Assembly (NCBI GenBank): GCA_963835655.1
Contig: CAWIGJ010000003.1
Location: 1,314,281 to 1,378,280, forward strand
Origin: an uncultured Chloroflexia bacterium
GTDB lineage: Bacteria; Chloroflexota; Dehalococcoidia; DSTF01; JALHUB01
DNA: 64,000 nt
Reading direction: 5' to 3'
Numbering within the stretch: position 1 is the stretch's first letter; every line of letters starts with the position of its first letter. Under the pieces are notes generated by a model. The model was not told where the DNA came from. It worked only from the letters and a program-made list of their open reading frames with translations, and searched no databases. Positions 10,743-20,454 of the stretch are shown in pieces. A program made the translations under genes and the position numbers.

Positions 10743-12473
10743 ATGGACTCAACGAATACGAATCTGGAATCCTACAAATGGACGGCCTTGTCCAACACGA
10801 CGCTCGGCGTCTTCATGGCGGCGCTGAACACCTCGACCATTATTATCAGCCTTCCAGCTATCTTCCGCGGCATTAATCTCGATCCGCTTGCGCCGAGCAA
10901 CTCCGGTTTTCTGCTCTGGACCTTGATGGGATACATGGTCTGCACCGCCGTGCTCGTCGTCTCATTCGGCCGCCTGGGCGACCTCTTTGGCCGGGTCAAA
11001 ATGTACAATCTTGGTTTCGTTGTTTTTACCATCGCTTCAATCGCCCTTGGTCTTACTCCGGGCCAGGGGCCCAATGCGGCGCTCTATTTGATTTCTATGC
11101 GTATTTTTCAAGGCGTAGGCGGAGCGTTGCTGATGGCCAATTCCACCGCCATCCTTACAGATGCTTTCCCGCCAGAACAACGCGGGCTCGCCATGGGTAT
11201 CAACGCCGTTGCTGCTCTTGCCGGCAGCTTCATCGGCCTAATTGCCGGCGGCATCCTGGCCGATTTGCACTGGCGCTTGGTGTTCTTGGTCAATGCTCCG
11301 TTTGGCGTTTTTGGAACTGTTTGGGCCTACATGAAACTACACGATCTAAACAAAAAAGAAGAAATAAGAATAGATTGGTTGGGAAATATAACGTTTGCCG
11401 TTGGTCTCGTCCTTGTCTTGGTCGGAATCACATACGGCATTCAACCCTATGGCAACCACCTCATCGGATGGACCTCTCCTTCGGTTCTCTTCGAACTGAT
11501 CGCCGGACTAAGCTTACTCGCCGTCTTTGTCATTATTGAGACAAGGGTAGAAGCGCCCATGTTTGATCTCTCACTGTTTAAGATTAGAGCCTTCTCGGCG
11601 AGCCTTATTGCCAATTTTTTATCTGCGATCGGCCGCGGTGGCCTGCAGTTAATGCTGATCATCTGGCTTCAGGGCATCTGGCTTCCTCTGCACGGCTACT
11701 CCTTCGAAAGCACCCCGCTGTGGGCCGGACTATACATGCTGCCGCTAACAGTTGGTTTTCTCCTGGTTGGACCACTCTCTGGCTATCTGTCTGACAGATA
11801 TGGCGCGAAATACTTTGCCACTGGAGGGATGCTCCTTGGCGCTCTGAGCTTTGCATTACTCATGACGCTGCCGGCCGATTTCTCTTATTGGATATTCGCT
11901 TTGCTCCTTCTTCTCAACGGGCTCGGTAGCGGCTTTTTTGCATCGCCCAATACTACAGCCACGATGAATTCAGTACCGGCGGGAAAACGCGGCCAGGCGT
12001 CTGGTATGCGCGCAACCGCTATGAACGTCGGCCAGGTGCTTTCAACCGGCGTCTTTTTCAGTTTGATGATTGTCGGCCTTGCGTCGACGCTGCCCAAAGC
12101 AATGTCCAGCCAGCTCCTTGCCCAGGGAGTACCGGCATCTGTCGCCAACCAGACTGCCAGCGCGCCACCGGTCGGCAGCCTGTTCGCCGCCTTTCTGGGC
12201 TACAATCCGATGACAAGACTGCTGTCACCCCAGGTTCTCGCCTCCTTGCCTCAGGCAAACAGTGCGTACATCACTGGCACGTCATTCTTCCCCAATCTTA
12301 TTTCTGGTCCCTTCGCCCACGGTCTACGGATAGCCTTCGCGTTTTCGATAGTTCTGTTCCTGTTGTCTGCCGTGGCCTCGTGGCTTCGCGGCGGCAAATA
12401 TATCCATAGAGACGAAAGAGACGAAGAAACCATCCGCGCCGAAGTTGAGACTCTCGAGGAAACCATTCTTTAG
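10743..12473 (+). CDS. DHA2-type MFS transporter
   Basis: GRLGDLFGRVKMY, WRLVFLVNAPFG; visibly more AT-rich than its neighbours. Confidence 0.92.
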   Translation: MDSTNTNLESYKWTALSNTTLGVFMAALNTSTIIISLPAIFRGINLDPLAPSNSGFLLWTLMGYMVCTAVLVVSFGRLGDLFGRVKMYNLGFVVFTIASIALGLTPGQGPNAALYLISMRIFQGVGGALLMANSTAILTDAFPPEQRGLAMGINAVAALAGSFIGLIAGGILADLHWRLVFLVNAPFGVFGTVWAYMKLHDLNKKEEIRIDWLGNITFAVGLVLVLVGITYGIQPYGNHLIGWTSPSVLFELIAGLSLLAVFVIIETRVEAPMFDLSLFKIRAFSASLIANFLSAIGRGGLQLMLIIWLQGIWLPLHGYSFESTPLWAGLYMLPLTVGFLLVGPLSGYLSDRYGAKYFATGGMLLGALSFALLMTLPADFSYWIFALLLLLNGLGSGFFASPNTTATMNSVPAGKRGQASGMRATAMNVGQVLSTGVFFSLMIVGLASTLPKAMSSQLLAQGVPASVANQTASAPPVGSLFAAFLGYNPMTRLLSPQVLASLPQANSAYITGTSFFPNLISGPFAHGLRIAFAFSIVLFLLSAVASWLRGGKYIHRDERDEETIRAEVETLEETIL

Positions 12474-12700
12474 ATACACGACCCAAGCCGGTTTCTTCGG
12501 AGTCACGCTGGGGAAGTGACCTGCCCCCCCGAAGGCGAGTCGCAGAGGGCGTTGCGGGGCTGCCCCCTCGGCAATCCCGGATTAATGGGGTCCCGAAGGA
12601 GATTTCGAAACGGACGGTTTGGTACCCCCAATGGTTGTCATTTATAACTCCTAATCGGTCTAGTCCCAGCTACTAACGCGTGTCGCAGGCCGTTTCCGGT

Positions 12701-12729
12701 TTGACAGTATAGCACACGTGTGCTAAGTT
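12701..12729 (+). promoter_or_regulatory. Sigma-70 promoter with a perfect 16-bp palindrome (LexA-box-like)
   Basis: TTGACA-N17-TAAGTT. TAGCACACGTGTGCTA (12710-12725) fills the spacer and resembles GAAC-N4-GTTC. Confidence 0.6.
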
Positions 12730-12805
12730 TGACGAGTTGGGGCTCTAAGCTGAAGTTTGGCCCAATAATCCCGGCTGCCGTCACAGACCGTTTGCAAGGC
12801 GCAGC

Positions 12806-13768
12806 GTGGCCATTATTAGCAAAGCCTATCGGAAATCGGCAGTCTTGACGCCGTCAGACCTCCCCTGCTTGAGCACGATCCCCACCATCAACCTGACCGC
12901 TGGTTGCCTCCACGGTTGCCTGTATTGCTATGCCCGGGGCTACAGTCAGTTCCCTGGTGACGGCCGCGTAATCCTGTACGAGAACACGCTGGACATGCTG
13001 CGAGAGGAGCTCCCCAGGCGTCGCGCGAAGCCGGATGCGGTCTACTTCAGCCCTTCCAGCGACCTCTTTCAGCCAGCGCCGGACGTACTAGACCTGGCCG
13101 AAGCCGTCATCCGGTTTCTCCTGGGAAGGGGCATTGGTATTGCATTCCTCTCCAAAGGGTACATCCCTGATCGTCTGCTGGCGTTCCTCGGCGACCATCC
13201 TGATCTCGTTAGGGCGCAGATTGGCCTCATTACGACTGATGAAGGCATCGCCCGGACGTTCGAACCCGGCGCCGCCAGTCCCAAGAGGCGCCTGAAGCAG
13301 ATAGAAGCGCTAGTCAAAGCCGGAGTGAGGACGGAGGCTCGAGTCGATCCCATCTTGCCGACAGTGACTGATGATCCAAGAGACAGCGAACGCCTATTCG
13401 AGGCCCTGGCGAATGTCGGCGTCACGCGCGTAGCGACCGATTTGCTCTTTCTAAGACCCACAATCGTCCGGTCACTCAGCCGACATTTGAACGAAAGAGA
13501 TGTGCTGGCACGCCTTCTGAGCGGATTCTCCAGACCTGCCTCGCAGGGACTAGCAGGAACGGGGACATATACTCCGAAGCTGCCGCTCGAAGCAAGGCGC
13601 CGGACGTTCGCCCTGACGAGAGACTTGGCGGCGGCGCACGGCATCGTCACAAGCATCTGCGCTTGCGAGAATCCCGATCTTGTCCACGGCACATGCAACA
13701 TTACCGGCGAATGGCCTAGGCGCCGGCCGCTGACCTCACAGCTACCCTTCCCGTCCCTCAAGGCGTGA
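12806..13768 (+). CDS. Radical SAM protein, spore-photoproduct-lyase-like (Rv2578c-type)
   Basis: INLTAGCLHGCLYCYAR CxxxCxxC motif; SDLFQP; FEPGAASPKRRL; RVDPILP. Confidence 0.85.
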   Translation: MAIISKAYRKSAVLTPSDLPCLSTIPTINLTAGCLHGCLYCYARGYSQFPGDGRVILYENTLDMLREELPRRRAKPDAVYFSPSSDLFQPAPDVLDLAEAVIRFLLGRGIGIAFLSKGYIPDRLLAFLGDHPDLVRAQIGLITTDEGIARTFEPGAASPKRRLKQIEALVKAGVRTEARVDPILPTVTDDPRDSERLFEALANVGVTRVATDLLFLRPTIVRSLSRHLNERDVLARLLSGFSRPASQGLAGTGTYTPKLPLEARRRTFALTRDLAAAHGIVTSICACENPDLVHGTCNITGEWPRRRPLTSQLPFPSLKA

Positions 13769-14199
13769 CAGCTGGCATGGATTGTCCCGCGGTGGGTGGC
13801 AAAGGCGATAGACCAACAGTCAATTTTCGCTGCAAGAACTCATGGCGAGGGTGGGAGTTAGCCTATCCGAGGCAACGTTCAGAAAGCGGCTTGATCCCCT
13901 ATCGGGAACAGGGTGCTGTTCCCTGATTGCACAATAAACTCATTCGTTCAGCGGTATCTGCGCGAGCGTGTGCTGAAGCTGTTTGATGCCAAACCGCGAA
14001 AGCCTGCCAAGCGTGAATGAGTGTTTTCCACCCGCCCAATCCACCGTCGTTCCCTAGGGCGATGTCTCAAGAGAACAGACAGGTATTCGCTTCCGGATTC
14101 AAGCCGGCGGGGCGAGGCCTTTCGGCAGGAACTCTGGTCTCTTGATGGCCGAAAGAAGGAGTTGTAAAACGAATGGTGTGGGAGTCCTCGAATTGAACC

Positions 14200-14275
14200 T
14201 GGTACCCCCGGCGGGACTCGAACCCACGCACCCGGCTCCGGAGGCCGGTGCTCTATCCGACTGAGCTACGGGGGC
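14200..14275 (-). tRNA. tRNA-Arg(CCG)
   Basis: Reverse complement GCCCCCGTAGCTCAGTCGGATAGAGCACCGGC-CTCCGGA-GCCGG...GGTTCGAGTCCCGCCGGGGGTACCA. Confidence 0.96.
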
Positions 14276-14324
14276 CCGAGGCCATCTTACCGCCCGCACA
14301 CTCGCCTGACAAGCTAGTTGTCCC

Positions 14325-15035
14325 TCAATGACATTTGCGGTCGAACGACCGTCTCGGCGGGTTAGCAAATTGCGACGCGAGGGCTTGGTCGTACACCCAG
14401 GCGATAACGGCGTGACCGGCGTCGTTTGGGTGAAAGTTGTCACCCTGACCGTCATCCAGGAATGTGCTGTCTTGCGGAGTGGAGATGAGATTCAAACGCA
14501 GCTTCATTGCCGACCACAGATCGGCGACGGCGACCTGCCGTTTCGCCGCCTCCTCAATGATGATCTGGCTAAACAGGGTCGCGCGCTCATACTCAGGCGT
14601 CACGGCAGCCCAGCCGAGCCAGGGTATGGTCCCAACAACCACGACAGTATCCTCGCCCGTCACGCAGTCCAGAAGGGAGCCGTAGAGCTGGCGGAAATCG
14701 TCTGCGGATATCGATTGGTCAATGACGGAATGGACGCCGAGTTCGATGATGACGATCTGGCGGTCGCGCTCCATCGCCTTCGACGTCACTTTGAGATCGT
14801 TCTTGGGGTCGACCGAGATGAAGACGGCCCGCTGCTGGTCGCCTTTGACCTGATCGATGTAGTCGGTGACCAGAGGGGCGAATGCGTTCGCTGGCACGGA
14901 AGCGTCGGCACCCAGCGTAAGGCTATCGCCGACAAAGGCGAGGGGCCCCGGAGCCGAACCGCCTTCACAGCATGTGAAGAGAAGAGACATCGCGAGGGCT
15001 GTGAACAAGAGGAAGACAGGCCTGATTGAGCGCAC
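14325..15035 (-). CDS. Exported SGNH/GDSL hydrolase, possibly a lipoprotein
   Basis: Signal peptide ending in Cys; FVGDSLT block I; DNFHPNDAGH block V. Confidence 0.88.
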   Translation of the reverse strand: MRSIRPVFLLFTALAMSLLFTCCEGGSAPGPLAFVGDSLTLGADASVPANAFAPLVTDYIDQVKGDQQRAVFISVDPKNDLKVTSKAMERDRQIVIIELGVHSVIDQSISADDFRQLYGSLLDCVTGEDTVVVVGTIPWLGWAAVTPEYERATLFSQIIIEEAAKRQVAVADLWSAMKLRLNLISTPQDSTFLDDGQGDNFHPNDAGHAVIAWVYDQALASQFANPPRRSFDRKCH

Positions 15036-15252
15036 AGCGACTCCTTCGCAGTGTCGTGGGAGTTGGTCCGGCTTCTATTTGAAGCTTATCACAGAATCAA
15101 ACGCGTGGAGCGGCCACCATCTCATTCGGAAGGCTCTCAACGCAGCGTCCGCCGGTATCCGTCGTGATCAGCGCCCTGGATGACACTTGACCTTCGTTTC
15201 CGGAATTGCGATTATCATTACTTCCGAGGATCGACTGGTTGGAAGGGGAGAG

Positions 15253-16044
15253 ATGGACCTCAGCAAGCTAAAGGCAATCGTCAGGGGCGTCTGCACCAGC
15301 TATTTCCGAAGAGGCAGGGGGCCCGCTCTAATCGCATTACAGGGGTTCCTGGGACGCGATGCGACGGCAGTCGTCGATGAGATTCAGCACTCCCATGAGG
15401 GCTTTGCGCCCGACCTCCCGGGATTCTGGGACTCCGAGGAATCACCGGAAGCGGTCACCGTCCCGTTCCTAGGCGGTTGGCTCGACGACTTCCATTCGCT
15501 GGTCGTCGGACGGAGGCAGGTTGTGCTGTTCGGCTTTTCCGCCGGCGCCACGGCAGCGATCCACTATGCGGCGACGCATCGAGAAGCTGTGGAACGCATG
15601 GTACTCTACGAGCCGATCATCCGGGGGCAGGAGCTTCCCGCCTGGCTGCGCGCGCTAATCAGGATGACGGCAATTCCCCGCGCAACCTCTTTCATCCTGA
15701 AGACAGCGCCCAATATGGTCCCGATGTTGCCCCGAGTCCGAAGGGTCGGTTGGGAGAAGCGGCTAAGACTGATCGAAGGCGTGAGCTCGCCGAAGAACCT
15801 GGGCGAGGCCGCGCGCAGCCTCCTCAAGTGGGATGCCGCCGATGAGTTGTGGAACACCCGCGACGTACCCGTCCTAATCATCCGCGGTAGCAAGCCCAGT
15901 TTCGTTCCGTACGAGACTCTCGCCGAGATTACGCCGCGGCACGTGAGCCACGTCCAGCTACCGGGCCTCGACCACCTTCTCTCAAAGAAGGGACAGCTAG
16001 AAGTCGTGCGCGCCGCGGGAGATTTCATCAGGGCGCGCGATTAG
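15253..16044 (+). CDS. Alpha/beta-fold hydrolase
   Basis: APDLPGF, nucleophile elbow GFSAG, C-terminal His (LDHL). Start placed at ATG 15253 after GGGGAG. Confidence 0.85.
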   Translation: MDLSKLKAIVRGVCTSYFRRGRGPALIALQGFLGRDATAVVDEIQHSHEGFAPDLPGFWDSEESPEAVTVPFLGGWLDDFHSLVVGRRQVVLFGFSAGATAAIHYAATHREAVERMVLYEPIIRGQELPAWLRALIRMTAIPRATSFILKTAPNMVPMLPRVRRVGWEKRLRLIEGVSSPKNLGEAARSLLKWDAADELWNTRDVPVLIIRGSKPSFVPYETLAEITPRHVSHVQLPGLDHLLSKKGQLEVVRAAGDFIRARD

Positions 16045-16110
16045 GCATTCAGCCCCGTTGAGATCGGTCGGACCGGCTTTCCGAAAGAGCTCTCGCGTGG
16101 AGGTGCCGGC

Positions 16111-16725
16111 ATGGCCGAGGTCGAAATCGTTGCTCTCCCTGCGGACCGCATACAGGCCGCTGGCGAAGTTCTTGCGCGGGCTTTCTACAATGATCCCCTT
16201 GTCACATACCTCTTGCCCGATGAACCAACGCGAGCGCCGCCGCTTGCCTGGTTGATGCGCAGCTCTGTGAAGTTCGGCCATCTCTATGGATGCGTCTTCA
16301 CGACCCCGAACCTGGAAGCAGTGAGCGTGTGCCTCACGCCGCAGAGTCCGCCCGGCAACCTCTGGCGTCTCCTGCGCTCAGGCATGGCATTCGCACCCCT
16401 GACCCCTGGCCGACGTAGGTACGACCGCGTCGCCAGCGCGTTCCGCCCCCTGGGTTCTTGGCATTGCCGCGATGCGCCGGAACGGCACTGGTACCTGTGG
16501 TTGCTGGGAGTCGAACCTGTACTTGAGGGCAGGGGGATGGGAAGCGCTATGTTGCGATGTGTCCTGGGGCAAGCCGATGCCGAGGGGATGCCGTGTCTCC
16601 TGGACACGATGAATCAGACGGATGTCCCGTTCTACGAGAAGCGCGGTTTTGAGGTGTTTAGCGGAGGCGAATTCGACCGCACTGGGCCACACTACTGGCA
16701 GATGAGGCACGAACCGCCACGATAG
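16111..16725 (+). CDS. GNAT N-acetyltransferase
   Basis: HWYLWLLGVEP..EGRGMGSAML acetyl-CoA motif; FYEKRGF. Confidence 0.9.
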   Translation: MAEVEIVALPADRIQAAGEVLARAFYNDPLVTYLLPDEPTRAPPLAWLMRSSVKFGHLYGCVFTTPNLEAVSVCLTPQSPPGNLWRLLRSGMAFAPLTPGRRRYDRVASAFRPLGSWHCRDAPERHWYLWLLGVEPVLEGRGMGSAMLRCVLGQADAEGMPCLLDTMNQTDVPFYEKRGFEVFSGGEFDRTGPHYWQMRHEPPR

Positions 16726-16739
16726 GCGGCTCCCTACCC

Positions 16740-18266
16740 TCAGCCCCCGCGATGTCGATATTGCACGGCTTCCGCCAGATGTGACGGACCGATCTCCTCG
16801 CTGTCCGCCAGGTCGGCGATGGTCCGCGCCAGCTTCTGTACCCGATGGAAGGCCCTGGCGGAGAGCCCCAGCTGCGTCATCGCGAGCCGCAACAGACTCT
16901 TCGCCTGCTCCGACAGCCGGCTCTGGCAATACTCGCGTACCTCAGTGGGCGTCATCTCCGCGTTGCACATTAGCCGCGTTCCGGCAAACCGCTCCGTCTG
17001 ACGCCTTCGCACCGCGTCGATGCGCTCCCGCACCTTCGCGGAATGCTCTCCGACCGTGTCTGCCGCCAACTTCTCGTACTCGACGCGCGGCACCTCGACG
17101 AAGATGTCGATGCGGTCGAGCAGCGGCCCCGAGATGCGCTTCTGGTAGCGGCTGACCGTCGAATCGGAGCAGCTGCACTCCTTGGTCGGATCGCCGTAGA
17201 AGCCACACGGGCAAGGGTTCATGGCGGCGACCAGCATGAAGTTGCTGGGGAAGGTCGTCGTGCCGTGCGCGCGGCTGATGGTGACCATCCGGTCTTCCAT
17301 CGGCTGGCGGAGGACTTCCAGCACCGCCTGCCCGAACTCCGGCAGTTCATCGAGGAAGAGGACGCCGCGATGGCTCAGCGTTATCTCGCCCGGCCGGACG
17401 TTGTGCCCGCCACCGACCAGCCCTGCGTGCGAAACAGTGTGATGCGGCGCCCGGAACGGCCGCTGACGGATGAGGGGCGTATCGGCCGGAAGCAAGCCGC
17501 CGACGCTGTAGATCTTCGTCACCTCCAGCGCCTCTCCCGGGGACATCGGCGGTAAGATCGACGGCATGGCGCGGGCAAGCAGCGTCTTGCCGGAGCCGGG
17601 CGGGCCTGTCATCAGCAGGTTGTGCCCACCGGCCGCGGCGACCTCCAGTGCCCGCTTCACATGCTCCTGCCCCTTGATATCGGCGAAGTCGGCACCGTCC
17701 CAGACCGGTCCGTCCATCGAGAGTGGCTGAGAGACGGCGACATATGGCTGGATGGGCTCGAGGCCGGCGAGATGGGCGGCAAGCTGCGCCAGCGAAGCGA
17801 CGGGGATAACCGTCACGCCTTCGATGAGGGCGGCCTCCGCGGCGTCGTCCTGGGGCACATAGACCGTCTCCAGGCCACGCTCCTTCGCGAGGGCGACCAT
17901 CGAGAGGATGCCGTGAGCGTGGCGGACCTTTCCGTCGAGGGCCAGCTCGCCGAGAAAGAGCGCGCTCGAGAGGTCGGCGACGATTTGCTCGGAGGCCAGC
18001 AAGATGCCGACAGCGATCGGCAGGTCGTAGGCCGGGCCCTCTTTGCGGACGTCGGCGGGCGCAAGGTTGACAGTGATTCGATGTGTCGGGAAGCGGAGGC
18101 CGGCATTGCGGACGGCGGAGCGGACGCGCTCTTTGGCCTCCTGCACGGCAGCGTCGGGAAGTCCGACAATATAGAAGGCGCTTAGTCCGGATGCGATATC
18201 AACTTCGACCTCGACAAGAGCGCCGTCGAGGCCGACGACCGCGCAGGATAGTACTTTGGCGAGCAT
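16740..18266 (-). CDS. comM: ComM/YifB Mg-chelatase-like AAA+ ATPase
   Basis: ITVNLAPADVRKEG, GPPGSGKT, PFRAPHH, LFLDELPEF, AMNPCPCG; reading frame intact. Confidence 0.96.
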   Translation of the reverse strand: MLAKVLSCAVVGLDGALVEVEVDIASGLSAFYIVGLPDAAVQEAKERVRSAVRNAGLRFPTHRITVNLAPADVRKEGPAYDLPIAVGILLASEQIVADLSSALFLGELALDGKVRHAHGILSMVALAKERGLETVYVPQDDAAEAALIEGVTVIPVASLAQLAAHLAGLEPIQPYVAVSQPLSMDGPVWDGADFADIKGQEHVKRALEVAAAGGHNLLMTGPPGSGKTLLARAMPSILPPMSPGEALEVTKIYSVGGLLPADTPLIRQRPFRAPHHTVSHAGLVGGGHNVRPGEITLSHRGVLFLDELPEFGQAVLEVLRQPMEDRMVTISRAHGTTTFPSNFMLVAAMNPCPCGFYGDPTKECSCSDSTVSRYQKRISGPLLDRIDIFVEVPRVEYEKLAADTVGEHSAKVRERIDAVRRRQTERFAGTRLMCNAEMTPTEVREYCQSRLSEQAKSLLRLAMTQLGLSARAFHRVQKLARTIADLADSEEIGPSHLAEAVQYRHRGG

Positions 18267-18511
18267 TTCGTCCCTTTATCGCATATAGATGCGCGGTCAG
18301 ACAAGGGGTCCGGAAGTAACCGGCCACCAGGTGGACGCACGCGCCACCTTGGACGGCAACTCGCGCAGCACTTTGGACTCGGCTTGGACCTGGCCCTCTT
18401 GCTCGCCCTTCAGGCGTGAGCTTTTCTTGTCGATCAGTGCGAAAGATTCGGCGACAAGTGCGTGTTCCAACATACTCTTTACAAACAGGCGCGTTTTGTT
18501 ACATTTTCCCC

Positions 18512-18540
18512 TTGACAAGGCTATCCCGTAAGCATATGGT
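18512..18540 (+). promoter_or_regulatory. Sigma-70 promoter for the SpoIID-domain operon
   Basis: TTGACA-N17-TATGGT, about 240 nt before ATG 18784. Confidence 0.55.
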
Positions 18541-18783
18541 ATGCGAGCGCATTTAGCGGAGGGGATGCACGCCACTAGCGGTGAACTTTCAGCGGCATGA
18601 AATTTCCTAAACGAAAGGAGGTGGGGAACAGCGCAGAACCGGGCCCAACGCTCGCGCGCAGGCCGTCACTTCACAGATAGTGGTCATGTCACTAGGTTTG
18701 AGGTTGTCGTGTGGGCGGAGCATTGTGACGGCCTATTCTACTTCGGCGTGTGGAAGGAACCGGGCTGCACAAGGAGGTCAACA

Positions 18784-20454
18784 ATGCAGCGTCTACTCGT
18801 TCTTCTAGTGACTGCAGTTTCCGCAATCGTTCTGGCCGGGCTGGGCCGGGGCGTCGAGGCTCAAAACGCGTCCTCTAGCGTCACAATCAAAGCTGAGATC
18901 CTGGGCAGGCCCCTGGGTGTCACCCCGGAAGCCGCGACGCTCGGCACGGCCGATGTCGATGCCGTGGCGGTAGAAGACGCCACAATTCGAGTTCAATCAC
19001 CCACGTCCGCCGGATCCGCGGTCATTACGGCCGTGACAACCGATGTGACCGGCAAAGCCGAAACAGCCCCCATAGCGGCTTCGACAGATTGGCGCAACCC
19101 AGTTCGCGTTGACATAGAGGTTAGCGCGCCGGGCTACGCCTCCTTCTTCTACAAGTCACTTCCATTGTTTCCTGGCGGCTCACCGATTCTGACACCCACC
19201 CTCTCAGATTCGGTCCAGACGGACGATCTGCGGAATGACCCGTCGGTGGGGACCGGAGGTGCGGCAGCGTCGGGTGCGGTACCATTAACCATCTCGAGCT
19301 GCACCGGGTACACCAGCACAAACACGCCACCGAACGTGATCAAGGTGTACAGTGACAACCCGGATCATGGGGCTGACTACCAGGTTCATACGGTCGACTT
19401 CATGAAGTACGTGCAGCATGTCCTGCCGCGGGAATGGCTCGCATCGTGGGATTCGGATGGGCGTGAATCCTTGCGGGCCGGTGCCGTCGCCGTCAAGATG
19501 TATGGTTGGTACCACGTGCTCCATTCCGCCAGCACGGGATCCGGGTGCTACGATGTTGATTCAACCACCAGCTACCAGGTGTGGGATCCAAACTTGGAAG
19601 ACACTAGAACCAATGCGGCGGTGCTTGACACGTGGGACTACTACCTTATGTATAACTCGGACGGAACGCCATTTGAGACGCAGTACCGTAGCGGCTCGGT
19701 CGATGATACCTGCGGCGAGCTGAATGGTGGGACTCCACCTGGCAACATAATGTCACAGTGGGGGAGCTACGACTGCGCCGCGACGGACGGGTATCCGTGG
19801 TACACTATACTCAGCATGTACTACTTCAACCCCACCGAGAGCTTTGTCAATGGCCCATCGGAGGTCGGATCGACGGCGGAGAATCTCCCCGCGCTTGTGC
19901 CCAATATAGCACCTTACAATAACACTCAGGTGAAGATAAGCTGGACGGGACAGAGCGGGGTTACATATTATCGTTGCGCAGGTGAATTCCTGGACACCTT
20001 CTCGAGTTGCTCGACTATCGGGACCGGATCCAACAACACTGTTATTACTATCACGACGACTGATCAGTGGTACAAATACTACCGAATCAAAGCTTGCCAG
20101 AACGGCTACTGTTCCGCGACTCGAGGCGGAGCCGTCGAGTATCGCACGGTGTCGGGCAACAACTTCTACACCACTGCGAGTTATTATTGGCCATACAACA
20201 ATGCATACGTTGCGACGAGAAATCTGTCTTGGGTGACCGAGACCGACAAGTTATACGACGGTGCCGCCGGATATGGCGGGGTGCTGAAGAAAACTTGTAG
20301 CACCGGCGCAGGAGCAAACTGCGGACCATATTCCTGGCAGCCCTCGAGCGCTAGCTACTGGTTTATCACAGGCTGCCAAACGGACACGAACAACAACACC
20401 GCGTGCTCGCCGCTGCGGATAGTGGCAAAGACCGATCACGTAGGAGGCGAATGA
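18784..20454 (+). CDS. Secreted SpoIID/LytB-domain protein with a Cys/Tyr-rich C-terminal beta domain
   Basis: AAGGAGG SD, signal peptide, YVQHVLPREW...ESLRAGAVAVKMYG, DVDSTTSYQV, MSQWGS. Confidence 0.82.
   Translation: MQRLLVLLVTAVSAIVLAGLGRGVEAQNASSSVTIKAEILGRPLGVTPEAATLGTADVDAVAVEDATIRVQSPTSAGSAVITAVTTDVTGKAETAPIAASTDWRNPVRVDIEVSAPGYASFFYKSLPLFPGGSPILTPTLSDSVQTDDLRNDPSVGTGGAAASGAVPLTISSCTGYTSTNTPPNVIKVYSDNPDHGADYQVHTVDFMKYVQHVLPREWLASWDSDGRESLRAGAVAVKMYGWYHVLHSASTGSGCYDVDSTTSYQVWDPNLEDTRTNAAVLDTWDYYLMYNSDGTPFETQYRSGSVDDTCGELNGGTPPGNIMSQWGSYDCAATDGYPWYTILSMYYFNPTESFVNGPSEVGSTAENLPALVPNIAPYNNTQVKISWTGQSGVTYYRCAGEFLDTFSSCSTIGTGSNNTVITITTTDQWYKYYRIKACQNGYCSATRGGAVEYRTVSGNNFYTTASYYWPYNNAYVATRNLSWVTETDKLYDGAAGYGGVLKKTCSTGAGANCGPYSWQPSSASYWFITGCQTDTNNNTACSPLRIVAKTDHVGGE

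Noticed and set aside
12806-13768. Radical SAM gene as the activase for the glycyl-radical enzyme
   Set aside because: Its motifs are SPL-like and lack the GCxLRCxxCxNP activase pattern; it is ~6 kb away with its own promoter.
13770-14100. Broken coding-like fragments after the radical SAM gene
   Set aside because: Stops in all three forward frames and no identifiable family.
16740-18266. comM as an interrupted integration site
   Set aside because: comM is a known insertion hotspot, but this copy is full length and no recombinase is nearby.
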